Both the position numbers and the translations under genes were made by a program. From positions 434,001 through 498,000 of the forward strand of contig RSEE01000041.1 of NCBI GenBank assembly GCA_003971905.1: a DNA stretch of 64,000 nt. Reading direction: 5' to 3'. Numbering within the stretch: position 1 is the first letter of the stretch; each line of letters starts with the position of its first letter. This stretch comes from Moniliella sp. 'wahieum'. Lineage: Eukaryota. Under the pieces are notes generated by a model. That model ran no database searches and had not been told where the DNA came from. It worked only from the letters and a program-made list of their open reading frames with translations. Below are positions 43,583 to 57,331 of this stretch, one piece after another.

Positions 43583-45125
43583 ATGTCCTCCCTCGTCCCC
43601 CCCTTCCTCCGCGCGCCCCTCGCCTGCGAAGCCCCCGCCAACGACCGCGACGTTCCGTTCGTGGTGAGTGCTACGCTCCGCACCCCGCCCAAGCCCTCGC
43701 CCCAACTCCACGCCCAGCTCGAGCGTTCCAGCGCGAGGTCAAGACCGCCCCGCCGGGGCTCATCACCTACACCTTTAAGCCCGCCGACCCCAAGGCCCAG
43801 CCGGGCGTGAGCGATCTGGTGCACGAGCTGCGCATCACCGATACGTTGCAGCCGTATGTGCCGGCGCGCTCGTTGACCCCGCCGCGGCCCGCCGCGGCCG
43901 TGCCCGCTGTTCCGGCCGCCAGCCCACCCATCCCCACCGAGGTCGACGCCGAGGCGTATGTGGACCCGGTGGGTTCCTCCCATGTGCCCAGGCATCATGA
44001 CCTGGCCCACGAGTCGGCGGGGTCGGTGCTGTACGACATTGGCAAGTCGGTGTACCACTTTGGTCTGGGCGGCATTGCTGGCTCGGTGGGGGCAACGTTG
44101 GTGTACCCGATTGACCTGGTCAAGACGCGCATGCAAAACCAGCGTGCTCCCGTGGGCGAGCACCGATGTACAAGAACAGCCTCGACTGTGTTGCCAAAGT
44201 GTTTCGCAACGAAGGTCTTCTCGGTTTCTATTCCGGCCTGGGGCCTCAGCTCGTCGGCGTGGCGCCAGAAAAGGCAATCAAGTTGACGGTCAACGACCTG
44301 GTGCGGTCCAAGACCCAGGACCCGGTCACTGGCGAGATTGCCTTGTTCTGGGAACTCGTCTCGGGCGGCGCGGCAGGAGGGTGCCAAGTCGTCTTTACCA
44401 ACCCACTCGGTACGCCTTCCCCCCCCCCCGTCCTCAGGTACTAGACCAGTGATGTGATGGACATACTGACCAACGGTACCCCCCAGAGATTGTCAAGATC
44501 CGTCTGCAGGTCCAAGGCGAGCTGGCCAAGGCGGCGGCCGAAGGCGTGGCGGCACCAGCCAAGTTGGGCGGGATGAGATTGTGCGGCAGCTGGGAGTACG
44601 CGGATTGTACAAGGGCGCCGGGGCGTGCTTGTTGCGCGACAATCCCCTTTAGTGCGATCTACTTCCCTGCCTATGCCCATCTGAAGAAGGACCCGTTTCA
44701 CGAAGGGCTCAATGGCAAGAAGCTTGGGTTTGGCGAAACGTTGGCTGCGGCAGCGATCAGTGGTATGCCAGCTGCCTTCCTCTCCACCCCCGCCGACGTG
44801 ATCAAGACGCGCTTGCAAGTCGAGGCACGGCAGGGCCAAGCGACGTACAATGGCATTGCCGATTGCTTCCGCAAGATTCTGGTCCAAGAGGGTCCCAAAG
44901 CGTTCTTCAAGGGCTCTCTTGCCCGTGTCTTGCGCTCCTCCCCGCAATTCGGCGCCACGTTTGGCCTACGAGTACTTGCAGCAATTCCTCCCCTTCCCTT
45001 GGTCCCCCTCCCCTGCGTCGGCTACTAGTACCGACGAAGACCCTACCCGCGCGTCCACCCGCCGTGCTCTGGACTTGCTCCACGACATGCACTCCACCCT
45101 TGCCTTACCCGCCGGGACACACTAA
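43583..45125 (+). CDS. AGC1: Mitochondrial aspartate/glutamate carrier (Agc1/aralar-like)
   Basis: [100 protein letters not shown] (three carrier repeats). Intron at 44410-44486. Confidence 0.9.
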
Positions 45126-48100
45126 CGCGGCGAAACGGAGTGGAGTGGGTTTGCACGCCACCCCGCTCCGCTCTCCAACATGCACAACACCAACCCGTAT
45201 CTCTCCTTCGGTTCGGGCCAATGCATTGCATATGAAAGGACCGTCCGTCCATCGTCTCATCTTTCCCGCGTCCCACTATGGACGCAATACAGGGCTCGAT
45301 TGCAGGATGCCCGTTCGGTCGGTAGAAGAACATACATGTCGTCCATTTGACTTCAAATGGACACTTCCCTGTCACATGTCACAGCGAGACGGCGGGCTTG
45401 CGTCGACGTTCATTTCCTCTCATCTCAGTAGCGTCGCACCGGTCTCGCCCCCCCCCCTCCCCCTTTCCCCCACCGCCTCTCTGGTCCTTTGCGCCATGTT
45501 CTTGATCTCCCATTCCCGTACCCGCCCCATTGTGGCCCTATGCACAGGTGCCCCACAGACTTACATGTTATAGGCCAGAGAGCAGGCAGTTGGTAGTGTA
45601 TTGCATTGCACATGAGCTACAAGCTAGAGAATTTCCTGCCAGCCGGGAAGGAATATTGACGGAACAAACCAGAAGGTTCCGGACTTGGGCTACCGGCGCC
45701 ACTACCCCAGTGTGGCGTCACAATACAGGACGCAGCCTGGGCCCAGTGCCAGAGCGCGTAGAGGCAGCGTCGGCGGAGGGTGCAGAGAGACTGGTATTCG
45801 CTTGGTGGGCGATTGGTCCCCTAGCACACTCGGACTTCCACTTCTAATTATTAGATGAGACACATGTTGGCCCTACACAACACCTGATGTGGAACCTCCT
45901 TTTTCCCTCCCTTCGTGCCTACTATAGCCCTGACCCGTTGGCTGCAGACACCAACAGCACCGACTCTGCGCCAAGCCCGCTTCTCCAACCATCTCCACAT
46001 TCCCTAGAGATATTGGACTGCGCCGCTCAGCTCGGCGGAGACAGACCAAAATGAGGAACGGCGCGAATATATATGCCCCGGCATACACATATGGTCACAG
46101 AGGGAAGGGTTGAGAAGGTGGGGGGGGGGGGCAGGGTATATATAGGTCGGCAGTTGGCATTGCACTCTCCAATGCTGAATGCATGATGCATGGAGGGCTC
46201 TCTTCACATGCGGGCCTATGCACTATGTGCGCATAAATAGGTTGGCACAGGGCCAGGCACCGGGCGGGGTTCCTGTCTGTCGGGTTGCGCGCACGCACCT
46301 ACTATACACCAAGGCAATTGTCATCGTTGGTTGTATACCACCACCAAGAGATCTGAGACCCAGCAGTTCAATCGCCGTTCAGTACTTTTTGGAGGAGACA
46401 TGATTATGCATGATTAACAAATGATTAATGGTTTTCATGATTGGAGATTGAGAGGATGTCTTTCATGAACTGGCGAGACACATGCTTTCCACAGGTCCTC
46501 CTGAGACGCTTGAAGCTTGATGTGCCTACTGGATCGTACCACCCAAGCGTGTTTTGCTTGAAGCTTGAGAGGCCCAAAGATACAGCATGTGGTGGCTTCA
46601 GGCATCAGTGTGGCGCTTGTCTAATTAAGACAAGCTCTATCTCATGGACAGGAGGCCCCCGTGCCGTCATCCACAATGCATTAATTAACTCTTCTACAGG
46701 GTGTGCAACGGGGGTACCACATCCGCGGGACAGACATTCGCATCTGTAGTCATATCTGAGCGGAGAGGTCATCGTCTTTTTGCATCGTCAAAAGTACTCG
46801 GGAGTCAGGAGGTCCCAAGTGGCAACTGACAAGTGTATGGCATACTGCGTGAGATCTCGGATGTGGCTGTATCATGCGGTGCACGCCGTTGTCTTGCTAA
46901 ACCCAGCGGAGCTTGCGCCGCTGAGTCCTGTCATGCGCCCTTTCTATATATCAGGAACAATCCCATTCCTGTGAGACGCCACAAAGTCTGTATCACAGGC
47001 GCCAGCACTCAGTCCTATATCCCTCAGTCAGTGAACAGGCGGAGCCGTCACGATGACGCACAGGTGACGGAACCTCAACACACGGCCCATATATTCTTCC
47101 ACCCCCACCCTGCGACTTTCTTCGTGCCTTGTACTTCCCTCTGTAGTAGCACGACGATCGTCGATTGCCCCCCTCAAAAGGAAGGGGGTACCTCTTTCGC
47201 CCTTGACCCGCCTCATCCTTGTACGGCCAACGTCAGCGGTCACATGTCCCATGCTCTCTCGCGCCAGGCTTTGCTGAGGTTGCTGAGGGATAGGAATTCA
47301 CGACGAGATTCAAGCTTTGCGGGAAAAAGACAAAAAAGTGCAAGGCACCTAGCCAAGTGCGCTCGGCAAGTGCACTCGTCGTTCCAAATCAGCTACTTCT
47401 TGCTTCTGCGCGAACGGACCACCCCTCCGCCCCCACACCCCCTGCCCCGCACATCGACGCACGTAGGATTAGTACTAATACACCCACACCCCGGACCAAG
47501 AAAGATAAAAGGCGCCGTTATGCACGGCTCGAATTGCCAGGTTTGCTTCCTTTGGCCTCCCCTCTGTCACGCCCTTGGTACCCGGTGTGAGAAACGGAGT
47601 GAAAACAGAGTAGACTAGCCGCACCTTCTTACCTACCGCGTCGTACGTTTCATATTCTCTCACCCCCATCGCATCCCTTCCTCTTCCATTCGCACAACTA
47701 TTTTCAGCGCCAAACGTGTGCATCCCACTGGCGTGCTGACGACGAGCTATGGGATGGTGCGGGGGGGGCACCATGCTCCTCCGATCATCTAGCTTAGGTC
47801 GGCAAAAATGAAGTGGCTCCAGTGCAACACGTGCAAGGCGCTTGTGGACTACACGAGCCACAAACGATGCCCATATTGCAAAGCGTTTTTAAGCATGCGT
47901 TACGAAGAGGCAGATGACTAGCCCCTCCCCTCCTCCTTCGCCGCATCTTCCGTTTTCTCTGCCTTTCATGAACACCAACCTCCACCTTCCCCGCTTTTCC
48001 CACCACATTTCCCACTGCATTTTCATATACCCCTTCTCCTCTCCCCTGTGGGATGAATCACGGTACTTTCTCCCCCTGGCATTCGACTGCTCGACTGCCA

Positions 48101-48985
48101 CATCTCTCTTCCCTCCCGCCTCGATTCCAGCACGTGGGACCATCCCAATACTGGCTTGCTCTCACCCTTGATCTCTGGACCCGCTACGGACTGGGATGGC
48201 TGAACCAGCGCCCGCCCCTTGCTCCTCCCCTCCTCCCCCAACAAAACAATGCCCTGTCATGCCTCACTTCGTACTCACACGCACAACATCAGAGGCAGAG
48301 AAGCGGCCCGTTTGGATGAAAGCCAATGTTGAGTCAGCGCGGGTGTGGCTCGCATGTGTTGGCCAAAAGGTCCTTTCAATCGCTCCTCAGGCTTGCATGA
48401 GGCCGAAGAATTCCGATGCTTTCTGGCTTCTGTTTTCCGGAGGCTTTTGGTCCACAGCCTGATGGCCCTTGGCGGAGATTGACTGATGGTTGATGTTCCT
48501 CTGTAGACGTTGCTGGATATATTAGAGCACCACCGCCACCAGTGCGACTGTATCCCCCTCGAGGACCATCAGGACTCCAGGTCTCATCAGCCAAGCAATG
48601 TGAGGGGGACAAAACCAGGGTGGTGGTGAAGAGAAGGGGGGAGGTCAAGTGCTCATAAAATCGCGATCGATCAGAATACGTCTCCCTGAAGGAACCTGGC
48701 TTTTTGGTGCCGAAATGGTATTCATTCCAGCAAAGGGGGTGCGTTATGTACCAGAAGAATCAGGCGAAGCCACCCCGCGACGCAGGAGAGATCATAATGA
48801 ACATGTAGAAACGCGTGTTGCAAGAAAGGCAAAGCAGTCCCAAGTAAGAAAAGATCTAGAGTAAAAGGTCATAGATGCAGCTGATGGATATACGTGTTGG
48901 ACCCATCACCCCCTCTGCGCGTCACAAAATTCATAGAAGGAGAAGAGCAAGAAAAATGAACAAAAAGTGATGCGAGAGAAGAAAC

Positions 48986-50352
48986 CTATACTACGTTAGG
49001 CAGGACCGTGTTGGGGCCGGTACGTTTCTCTTTGTTCGCTATTGAGCAAACTCTCGATCGCGAGCGGATGCTGAGAAGCAGCTGCGCCATGCTGCGGTCC
49101 AAACGTAGCAAAGTCCAGGCCAAAGGTGCGGCTGGGCAAAGAGGGGTGCATGGAGGAGGATAAGGGAGCTTGCCAGGCCAAACGACGATGGCGGCGCGGG
49201 GAGGTAGGGCATCGTGGAGGAAGGCCACGACGACATGGGCCCAGGATCTGCCTCCTGGGCTGGCGCACCGGGTGAACCGGGTAAGCACCACCATCACCGT
49301 CACCCACCACTGGAGGAGTAGAGTGGTACGTGCCGAACGACAGACGGGGCGGGGCAGCAGGTACGTCCGGTCGGCGTAGATGAGGAACCGGTCGATCCAA
49401 TCAAGGGAGTGTAGTAAGTGTCGGCGGCGCGGCCAGAGGTAGCATACTGGAGCGGTCCTCCAAATGCTGATGAGGAGCCGAGGCGGGCTTGTCCCCCGTG
49501 TGGGTCCAATTGTCGGAAGGGTGGAGCAGGTCGGTAGGCCGAGGTGGGCGGTGGGATGCTCTCCATCTCCATGCGATGAAAGCGGCTGGGCGAAGTGGAA
49601 ACGACCCAAAAGGCGGCAGATGTATCGTCGAGGAGGTTGTTTTCTTCTCCATTGGAAGTGGCAGGGCAATCAGGTGGTGCACTACCACAGTCTGGCAGCG
49701 AGGCTCGGACCCGTTCCTGGGCCCGCCTACCCCGTTTCCTCCCCTGCAGCTGCCGAGGAGATGACGGCGGTGGCGGATACGGCCGCGACGAATCCAACCC
49801 CGAGGAGCAACAGGACACACGTTCTCGGCCGAGCTGGCGCGCCGCAGCTGGCGCACAGCGCGTCCTTCCCGCCGGCGGAGACCAGGGTGGGTGCTAGGTG
49901 AGGCGCGGTTGTGGGCACTGGTGCGAACGGTCCCGGCAGAGGAGGCAGGGGCGCCCATCCGTGGGGGCGGGGACGGAGGAACGGAGGAGGCGTCAGAGAG
50001 CTGGTAGGGACTGCACAGGGGGAAGCCGTAGTCGCGGCACAGGGTGCAGCGCACGCGCGCCAGCCCCGTTTCGCCACTGGTGGCGCGGTGCTGGTCGAGG
50101 AGACGCGGGCGGTCGCAGGAGCGTTTGAGGCGGCGGCAGGCCTGGCAGCTCGTCCCAGGGCGGTTGCGCGCCGCGTGGGAGCGGAGGAGGGCGGGAGAGA
50201 AGGAGGGGGCGGGGCGGGCACGTTGGAGGCTGCGGGGTGGCGAGGACACCCATGCTGGCGATGGGATGCGGAGAGCGCAGCGGTGTGGGTGGCGAAAGGA
50301 GCGTGGTAGGAGGTGCGCTACTATATGATCCACCGTATGCGAACGCGGCCAT
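48986..50352 (-). CDS. Zn(II)2Cys6 cluster transcription-factor-like protein
   Basis: SCQACRRLKRSC-x22-CTLCRDYGFPLC at about 50010-50150, flanked by Pro/Ser/His-rich low-complexity sequence. C-terminal HPLAIESLLNS. Frameshifted, so the ends are approximate. Confidence 0.72.
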
Positions 50353-51436
50353 GGCTATTATGCTCTCCGGCACTCTGCGGCATGCGGGGCGCTGGCGCGG
50401 ATAATCTACACTGCCCCGATTGGTGTTTGCGGCGTCTGGGATTGGGCTGATGCGCACACGGGGTGCTGAGTGTACTGGGCACAGGGAGGACGGAGTCCTG
50501 AGTGACTGAGTCCCGAGTTCCTGATGGGAAAACACAACACGGCGCGTGGCTGCGGTGGCTCCGCTCAGCCGAGGAAGGGTAAAAAGCGGCGGTGGGGCGC
50601 TGCCGAGGCGGGCGCTGACTACGAACGATGACTGCGTTGACTGGCCAGCGCCCAGCACGCCCCCGTGCTCCTCGCCTCGCCTGTGCCGACGCAGTTCCCA
50701 GGGCCCTCAGGCCTCATCAGCATCATCAGCCGGAAGGCTCAGCCTGTGCCCTGGCGCCTGCCGCGAGCAAACGTCTGCCCCGCCGCCTGCCGCCCCAACA
50801 CTCTGTAACTAACGCACCTCGCGTGTGCAATGCAATCGTCCTCCTCTTCTCGGCCCTAGGCTCACCCCGGACAACCGCTGTTGCTCGTCCAGATCAGGCG
50901 GCAGGCTGAGGGCTCGTTAGCCAACCGTTCAGCCGCAACGCAAAAAGCTTCGCGCAGCCATCGCTCTCGCCTCGCAGAGCACCTGCTTTGGCCGTGCCTC
51001 GCACTCTTACAGTCAGTCGCACATTCTCCGACACCCTGGCCTCCCCCAGGTGGGGTAGTCTTGCGCATTGGCCCTGCTCCTACGTAGCTCCCCTGCCGTT
51101 TTCCCTGCGAATTGCTTAATAACGCCACCCCCGGCTAATACCCGTCCCAGCCAAGAGCCCCACTGAGGCGTGTCTGTGCCCCACGCCGCCCGCACCCGTG
51201 CCGTGCTCCGGCCTGGGCCCCGGCGCCACAAGCGCGCGCAGGCCACTCGCACCTCCTGCCTCGCTACGACTGGGATCACATGCATTGCGCCCCCTTGGGC
51301 CCTTAGGCCTTAGACCTTATAGCCCCGCCCCCCCCCTCAGCCGGCCGGGCAGCCGAACAGGAGCATATCGGTGCCCAGCTACTGATCGATGATGGATGAT
51401 CTCTCTCTGTCCTCTCTCTCCCCGTCGTCCAGTTAC

Positions 51437-51463
51437 AGTTACTAGTCACTAGTCACTAGTCAC
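51437..51463. repeat. (TCACTAG)n heptamer array, exact reverse complement of 39137-39163
   Basis: agttactagtcactagtcactagtcac read directly. Confidence 0.9.
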
Positions 51464-52384
51464 AGCCAACTAAGTATACTAAACCCGTTCCGAGTGTACG
51501 TTCAGGCTGCGCCCAACCGAGTGTAGCTCCCCAATCAAAAAGCAGTTGATGACAATCTGACACGCTTCGCATTTCTCGGGCCACACAAAACCCAATAGGC
51601 AACAGATACGTCGGCAGATGGCGAAAAACGCCATACCTGTGCATATGGTCCTGCCACAGCGTTGGCAAAATGAAAGGTAGTAGTGCATCTCGATGCCCAT
51701 TTGCTCTTCCTGCCGACGCTCTCTGTACACGGATTGAGAGAGTAGAGAAGTTGTATGGCAGCCATCTCTTCCGCTGCGGAGCGATCAGCCTGAGCGCTGA
51801 ACCAAGCATATGAGATCTGAGAAAGAAGGGGTGCCCAAAGGGTTGTTACGTTCAGAAATAACGTTCAGCGGCACACTATTATTAGGTCCGCGCGTACCGC
51901 GCGTCCGCGTCATTAATGATTGCATCACCAGCGTCATCGATCCGCCATCTTCGGCCTGGTTGCCACAGCCTCTCTTCTTCGGCCCCCAGGCCACAGGCCA
52001 CAGGGCCCATCAGTACCATTCAGTCCGTTGCTCGGCACACATCGTGCCGCTGTCAGCGCTGGACATGACATGTGACAGCGCTGACACTGCTTCAGTTCTC
52101 CCCACATGTCTGTCTTCTGGCGCTCGCGTTGAACGTTGAGCTGAGGTCGAGGCTTGAGGGACGCTGCGCACAGACGCGCAGAGGCCTCGGTGGCTCCCAC
52201 ACCTGCTGCTTCACCCTTCCAGGGCAGATGAACAGGCACGCGGGTGGTAAAGTACACCAGGCGTGCCATGCGACCTGACGGGGCTGCTTACCTAAGCCCG
52301 CCACGCACGGGTGTGTTGGTGTGGCTAGCAGGTAAGTGAGGTAAGGACGGCCTGGCTTGGTCGTCCGCTCGTCTTGGTCCTCCC

Positions 52385-55300
52385 ATGCCGCCGAGGGTCC
52401 GGACGAGGATGGGGGCGTCGGCCACCACATCGTCCTCGGCCGAGCAGTCGTCAACCATGAGTGGTGTGCCCACCGACTCGGTCCAGCCGCCGCGCCACTC
52501 CCCAGCCCACTCGCCGCGCCCGCACTCGCACCCGCACCCGCACGCCTTTGCTCCTCGACGACGACTCGGAGAACGACGAGGTTGACGACAGCCACCTTCC
52601 GGCGCGGCCTCGACGAATCCTGGCTGAGCGCACACCGTCTTTTGACGAGGGAAGCGACCGGCCAACTCGCTCACCGCGTCCGGAAAAGCCATCCCGACCC
52701 AGGCAACAGGAGATGGAACCAGAGGAGTTCGAGGAGGAGGCAGCGGAGGAGGAGGAAGACGACGACGAGAAGAGAAAAGAAGATGAACCGAGAGCGAGCC
52801 CGTGTACCACCCACTCTACCCTCCCTACCCCTACTCCTGTTGCCCCCGCTCCATCCCTCACACACCAACACGCAGCCGGACTTGGCGTTGGCCGAAGCGG
52901 ACGAGCGGAACGTGATCAAAATCCTCATCACCACCGACAACCATGTGGGCTACCTAGAAAATGACCCCGTGCGCGGGCAAGATGCGCTCAACTCGTTCCG
53001 CGAGGCACTGCAGATTGCCAAGACCGAGCAGGTGGACATGGTACTTTTGGCTGGCGACTTGTTTCATGACAACCACCCTTCGCGCGACTCGCTGCACCAA
53101 GTCATGGGCGCGCTGCGCGAGTATACCATGGGCAGTCGGCCGCTGTCACTGGCCTACGTGTCGGACCCAAGGGACTCGGCGCATCCCAAGTACAAGTGCG
53201 TTTTTGCCATTCCTACTTTTTTGTGTTGTGTTACGCTGCTAACCGCGCTTGCTGTTGGTATAGGTTTGGGGCGGTGAATTACATGGAACCGTACTACAAT
53301 GTGGCCATCCCTGTCTTTGCCATTCATGGGAACCACGATGATCGCCAAGGCTTGGGCCCCGACGGTCCTCTCTCGGCTCTGGACTTGCTCTCGACCGCGG
53401 GGTTGATCAACTATTTGGGCAAAAACAACTTGCCTTTGGGCAGCACCTCCCGCCGCACCGAGCAGCAACAGGTCGACGTCCGTCCCGCCCTGATGCAAAA
53501 GGGTACCACCAAGTTGGCGCTGTATGGACTGGGCAATCTACGCGACGAGCGATTGGCAATGGAGCTACGAATGCGGCGGGTGCGCATTTCAAGCCGGTCG
53601 AAGACAGCGAGGCGTACTTTAACTTGCTGGCTGTGCACCAGAACCGGCCGACGCGGAATGCGCCTGGGCAAGCGTCCGTGCCCAAGGCGCCTTTGACGAT
53701 AGCATTGACTTGGTGGTCTGGGGCCACGAACATAGCAGCGTACCACCACACTGAAACGGTGCCACAAAAGTCGTACAAGATCTGTCAGCCGGGCTCGACC
53801 GTCGTTACCTCCTTAAGCCAGGGCGAGGAGATTCCCAAATCGGTGGCGCTGCTGACGATTTGTGGGAAAGAGTACGAGGTGGAGCGACGCGAGTTGCAGA
53901 CGGTACGACCGTTTGTGATTGAAGACTTTGATTTGGAGGAAGAGGTGGAGGCACGCGGGTTCGTCTTGTCGGAAGAACGATCGTACAAGTTGGTGCTCAA
54001 GATGCTCGAGGCCAAGATCGAGTCGCTGATTGTACGTGCCAAAGAGCAGTGGGCGGCGCGGCACAGCAGTCAGCAGGGTACCCCTCTGACGAGTTGGTCG
54101 AAATGCCCCTTCCATTGATCCGTTTGCGGTCAACTTTGAGAAACACGAGGTGGGCAACTTGGTTCGATTTGGGTCCAAGTTTGTTGGGCGAGTGGCCAAC
54201 CCAAAGGATCTACTGGGCTTCAACCGAAAGCGCGTCCAAAAGAAGAACGCCAAGACCGGACCGGCGTTTGTCGATCCCCAAGAGATGGGCGTGATGGAGC
54301 GACTGCAAAAACTCGACCTCAACAAGATCATCTCTTCCATTGTCCTGGGGCAAGAATTCGAAGGTCTGCCGGCACTCGTGTTGGACCATGGATTGCAAAC
54401 GTCAGTAGAGAAGGACGACAAGAACGCATTGAACGAGATTATCCAACGCTCGCTCAAGCGCCAGATGCGTTCGGCGCTCCAAACGGCGCACGCGAGCGAT
54501 GAGATTGACATGTCGCTACAAGAGTCGTACCAGCAGGAGGTGGACATGGCCAAGGCGCAATACGGCGCCTTGCTTTCGGCCGCCAGCAGGAATGGCGACA
54601 ATGGTGACCATGACAGCATGGACCTCGACCGCGCTGGTCCCTCTGCGCCTGCTGCGCCCAGCCGCCCCACGGGCCAGTCGGCCGCTTCGGCGCGGCGGCG
54701 CGTGCCTGAGCCGGATCCCATGGACGAATCCGGCGCCGAAGAGCAAGAAGAAGTGCGTGCGCCTCGGGCGCAAACGGCGCGAGGGCGAGCAGCGGCTGCC
54801 CCGGCCGCACGTAAGCCGCCGCGCGCCGCGGCGCCAAGCGAGTCGGAGGACGAACTGGCCTCGGCTTCGGTTCGGCCGACCGCGCTGCGAGGTCCAGTAC
54901 ACGCCAGCGCGGCTCGCGACCCAACTATATGAGGGAGGATGAGGAGGAGGAGGAAGAGGAGGACCAGGAGGAGGACGCGGAGGAAGACCAAGACCAGGAC
55001 GACGGCGCGGAGTACCACCCTGCGCCTCGCTCCCAACTGTTCCTGGGGGGCAGCACACCCAGTTGGAACGCCATGGAAGACGAACAAGTTCCCCGCGCTG
55101 GCCGCCGAGGGACGAAGCGTCCCGGCCCCAGTCCCTCTCCGCCTCCGCCTCCGCCCAAACGGAGCGCCGCTGCGTCTCGCTCAGCCGCCCAGACCACGCT
55201 GACCAGCTCGGTCGCGGGCGGGGCGCGTGGCCGGTCGCTGGCTTTGGGCTTGGGAGTCGGCCCGGGAAGCGGGCAGGCCGAGGCCCGGGGAGGCGCGACT

Positions 55301-55465
55301 CGCCCCGCCGCTGGCCAGGGGCGCAACGCGACTCGGCGCGCGCCTCCGCCCGAGTCGGATTCGGACATTGAGTTTATGGGAGAGTCGCAAGCTCCGTCAA
55401 CGGGTTTGCGACTTGCCTCCCAGAGTCAGACCCAGCCTACCGCGCGTGCTCGGCGTCGTATTTGA
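52385..55465 (+). CDS. MRE11: Double-strand break repair nuclease Mre11
   Basis: IKILITTDNHVGY (motif I), LLAGDLFHDNHPSR (II), AIHGNHDD (III), LAVHQNR (IV), WGHEH (V), QPGSTVVTSL, RFGSKFVGRVANP, and an acidic/Arg-rich disordered tail. Intron at 53196-53263. The start is tentative. Confidence 0.94.
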
Positions 55466-57331
55466 TCGTGCGTAGGCAGTCCCTCTTGGGACTGGTACCC
55501 ACGTACCGGTGCCTCGGTGCGGTGCACCATACATATGCGTAGAGTGAGACGCAGGTGGCAGGCCAAAGGGCAAACGAGGTAGTGAAGCTAGCGCCTCGGT
55601 GATTGATTAGTCACAGTGGCTCCCGTGACTAGTATGGCTAGTGCAATGGCTAGTAACTAGTAGTGGTTCAGTAATTCACTACTACTGAACAGCGCCAACC
55701 AACTTAGTCCTCAACACTCTCCATTCAACAGGCTAAACCGTTGTAAATGAGGGCTTAGTAGCCTGGCTGGTGTTGGGGGATTGGTGGGTAAGATCTACTA
55801 TTGAAGAGACAACTGGCAGTAATGTTTGATCAATGATCAGTACTGAGTGTACTCACGAGGTCATGCCCCTTCCAGGGGCGAGGGTTGCCGGTTAATTACT
55901 TCACGATGGCTGCCACTGCAGCCCCCCCACTCGTGTGGCTTGTGCTGCCACGACGGTTGAAAGAAGATGCAAGTCCCAGTTCAAGCTGAGCCGCTGAGAC
56001 GCTGAGAGGGCTATATACTGGTCCGAGCCTCTCCCGCGACTCGCTTTTACCTCGAGAAGGAGGTTGCACGTTGGTTGAACGTGTTGAACGTTGAAGTGCG
56101 TTGAACGTCGTGCCACTGATGGGAAGATGATAAGTGGCGTGGTCGGAGTAATTACACAGCTACTACAAAAGAGCATTCGTGCCAGTCGGACTGGGACAGT
56201 GGCCACAAACAACGGTTGCTTGTTGGCTCAGCCTGAGGGTTCAGCCTGTGGGCGCTCTCGTACTACGCACGTCACAGTGGCCCGTGTACCTCCCACAGCT
56301 GTCTCGATCAAGTTCTAACGGCTGGGCTACTGAGTACTACTGAGTCCGAGTACTCAGACCGAGTACTGAGCGTGCGGGATATGGGTGAGGAATGTTGGGG
56401 TCAAAAACCTTATAGACACGAGTGCAGTTCACCATCCTCAATCTCGATCGTGGGGGCGGCATGTGTTTAATCGGGCACAACCTACTTTTCATTGTGCCAG
56501 CGCTGTCCAGCGCTGTCCACTGCCTTTTAATGGCACGCGCTCTTGTTTCGCGCCACAACAAAAAGAGTCAATTGTCCGCTGAACTTCAACTTGAACTCCA
56601 CCCAGGCTTGAATGTTTGAGGCCCCGGAAGAATGAACGTGTTCAGGAACTCACGGATCAAAGATAGATCTGCTTTGCTCTGCAACTGCTCTCCTCCCCTG
56701 CCCGAAGAGCTTGTAGCACGCCGTCTCAGATCCCGGATCTCAGATTTCAGTAACGCAGTACCCAGTCCTCAGTTGAGACATCCAGGACGAGGCACAGGAG
56801 CACAGTGGCGCATTGGGTTGCCACATTATGCATAGTAGGCGTCGATGAGCGGCCGAGCCGCTGAACGTCTGAACTCCCAATCAAGCGTGTGGATGGTGCT
56901 CCCTCTGTCGTGCTTCAAGCTTTTCTGGCTTCATTAATCATTGCTTTCTCGGCCATTGAGGTCAGAATGCATTACGCACGCTGGATTGTTGTTGCACCAC
57001 TTGCGAGCTACTGCCGGACGATGGAATATTGTAGACTCGCTGCGGAGATGGCACTGATGAGTTGGTTACTGTTTCCCGCGGCTGTGCTGGTAGTATGTCG
57101 TTGATGCACATGCCATTTGTCCACAAATACCAGACAACAACGGCGCCACCACGCAAGTGATCCCGAAGGCAACAGCGTTAGCCAACGCTCTGTCTCCGCA
57201 ACACTTATAAGCCTACCATCCCCCCACCATTCGTCATCCTGGCATCCTCTAGCACACGCACCCCTCGTTCACACCGTTTCACCCAACATTCTTCTCTCCT
57301 AATTCGCTGCACAGAACCTTTCATCGCCATC

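Noticed and set aside
37000..48900. Possible mating-type pheromone precursor or receptor genes in the gene-poor stretches
   Set aside because: I found no STE3-like 7-TM ORF, homeodomain ORF or convincing CaaX-terminated short ORF by eye. An exhaustive small-ORF scan was not possible.
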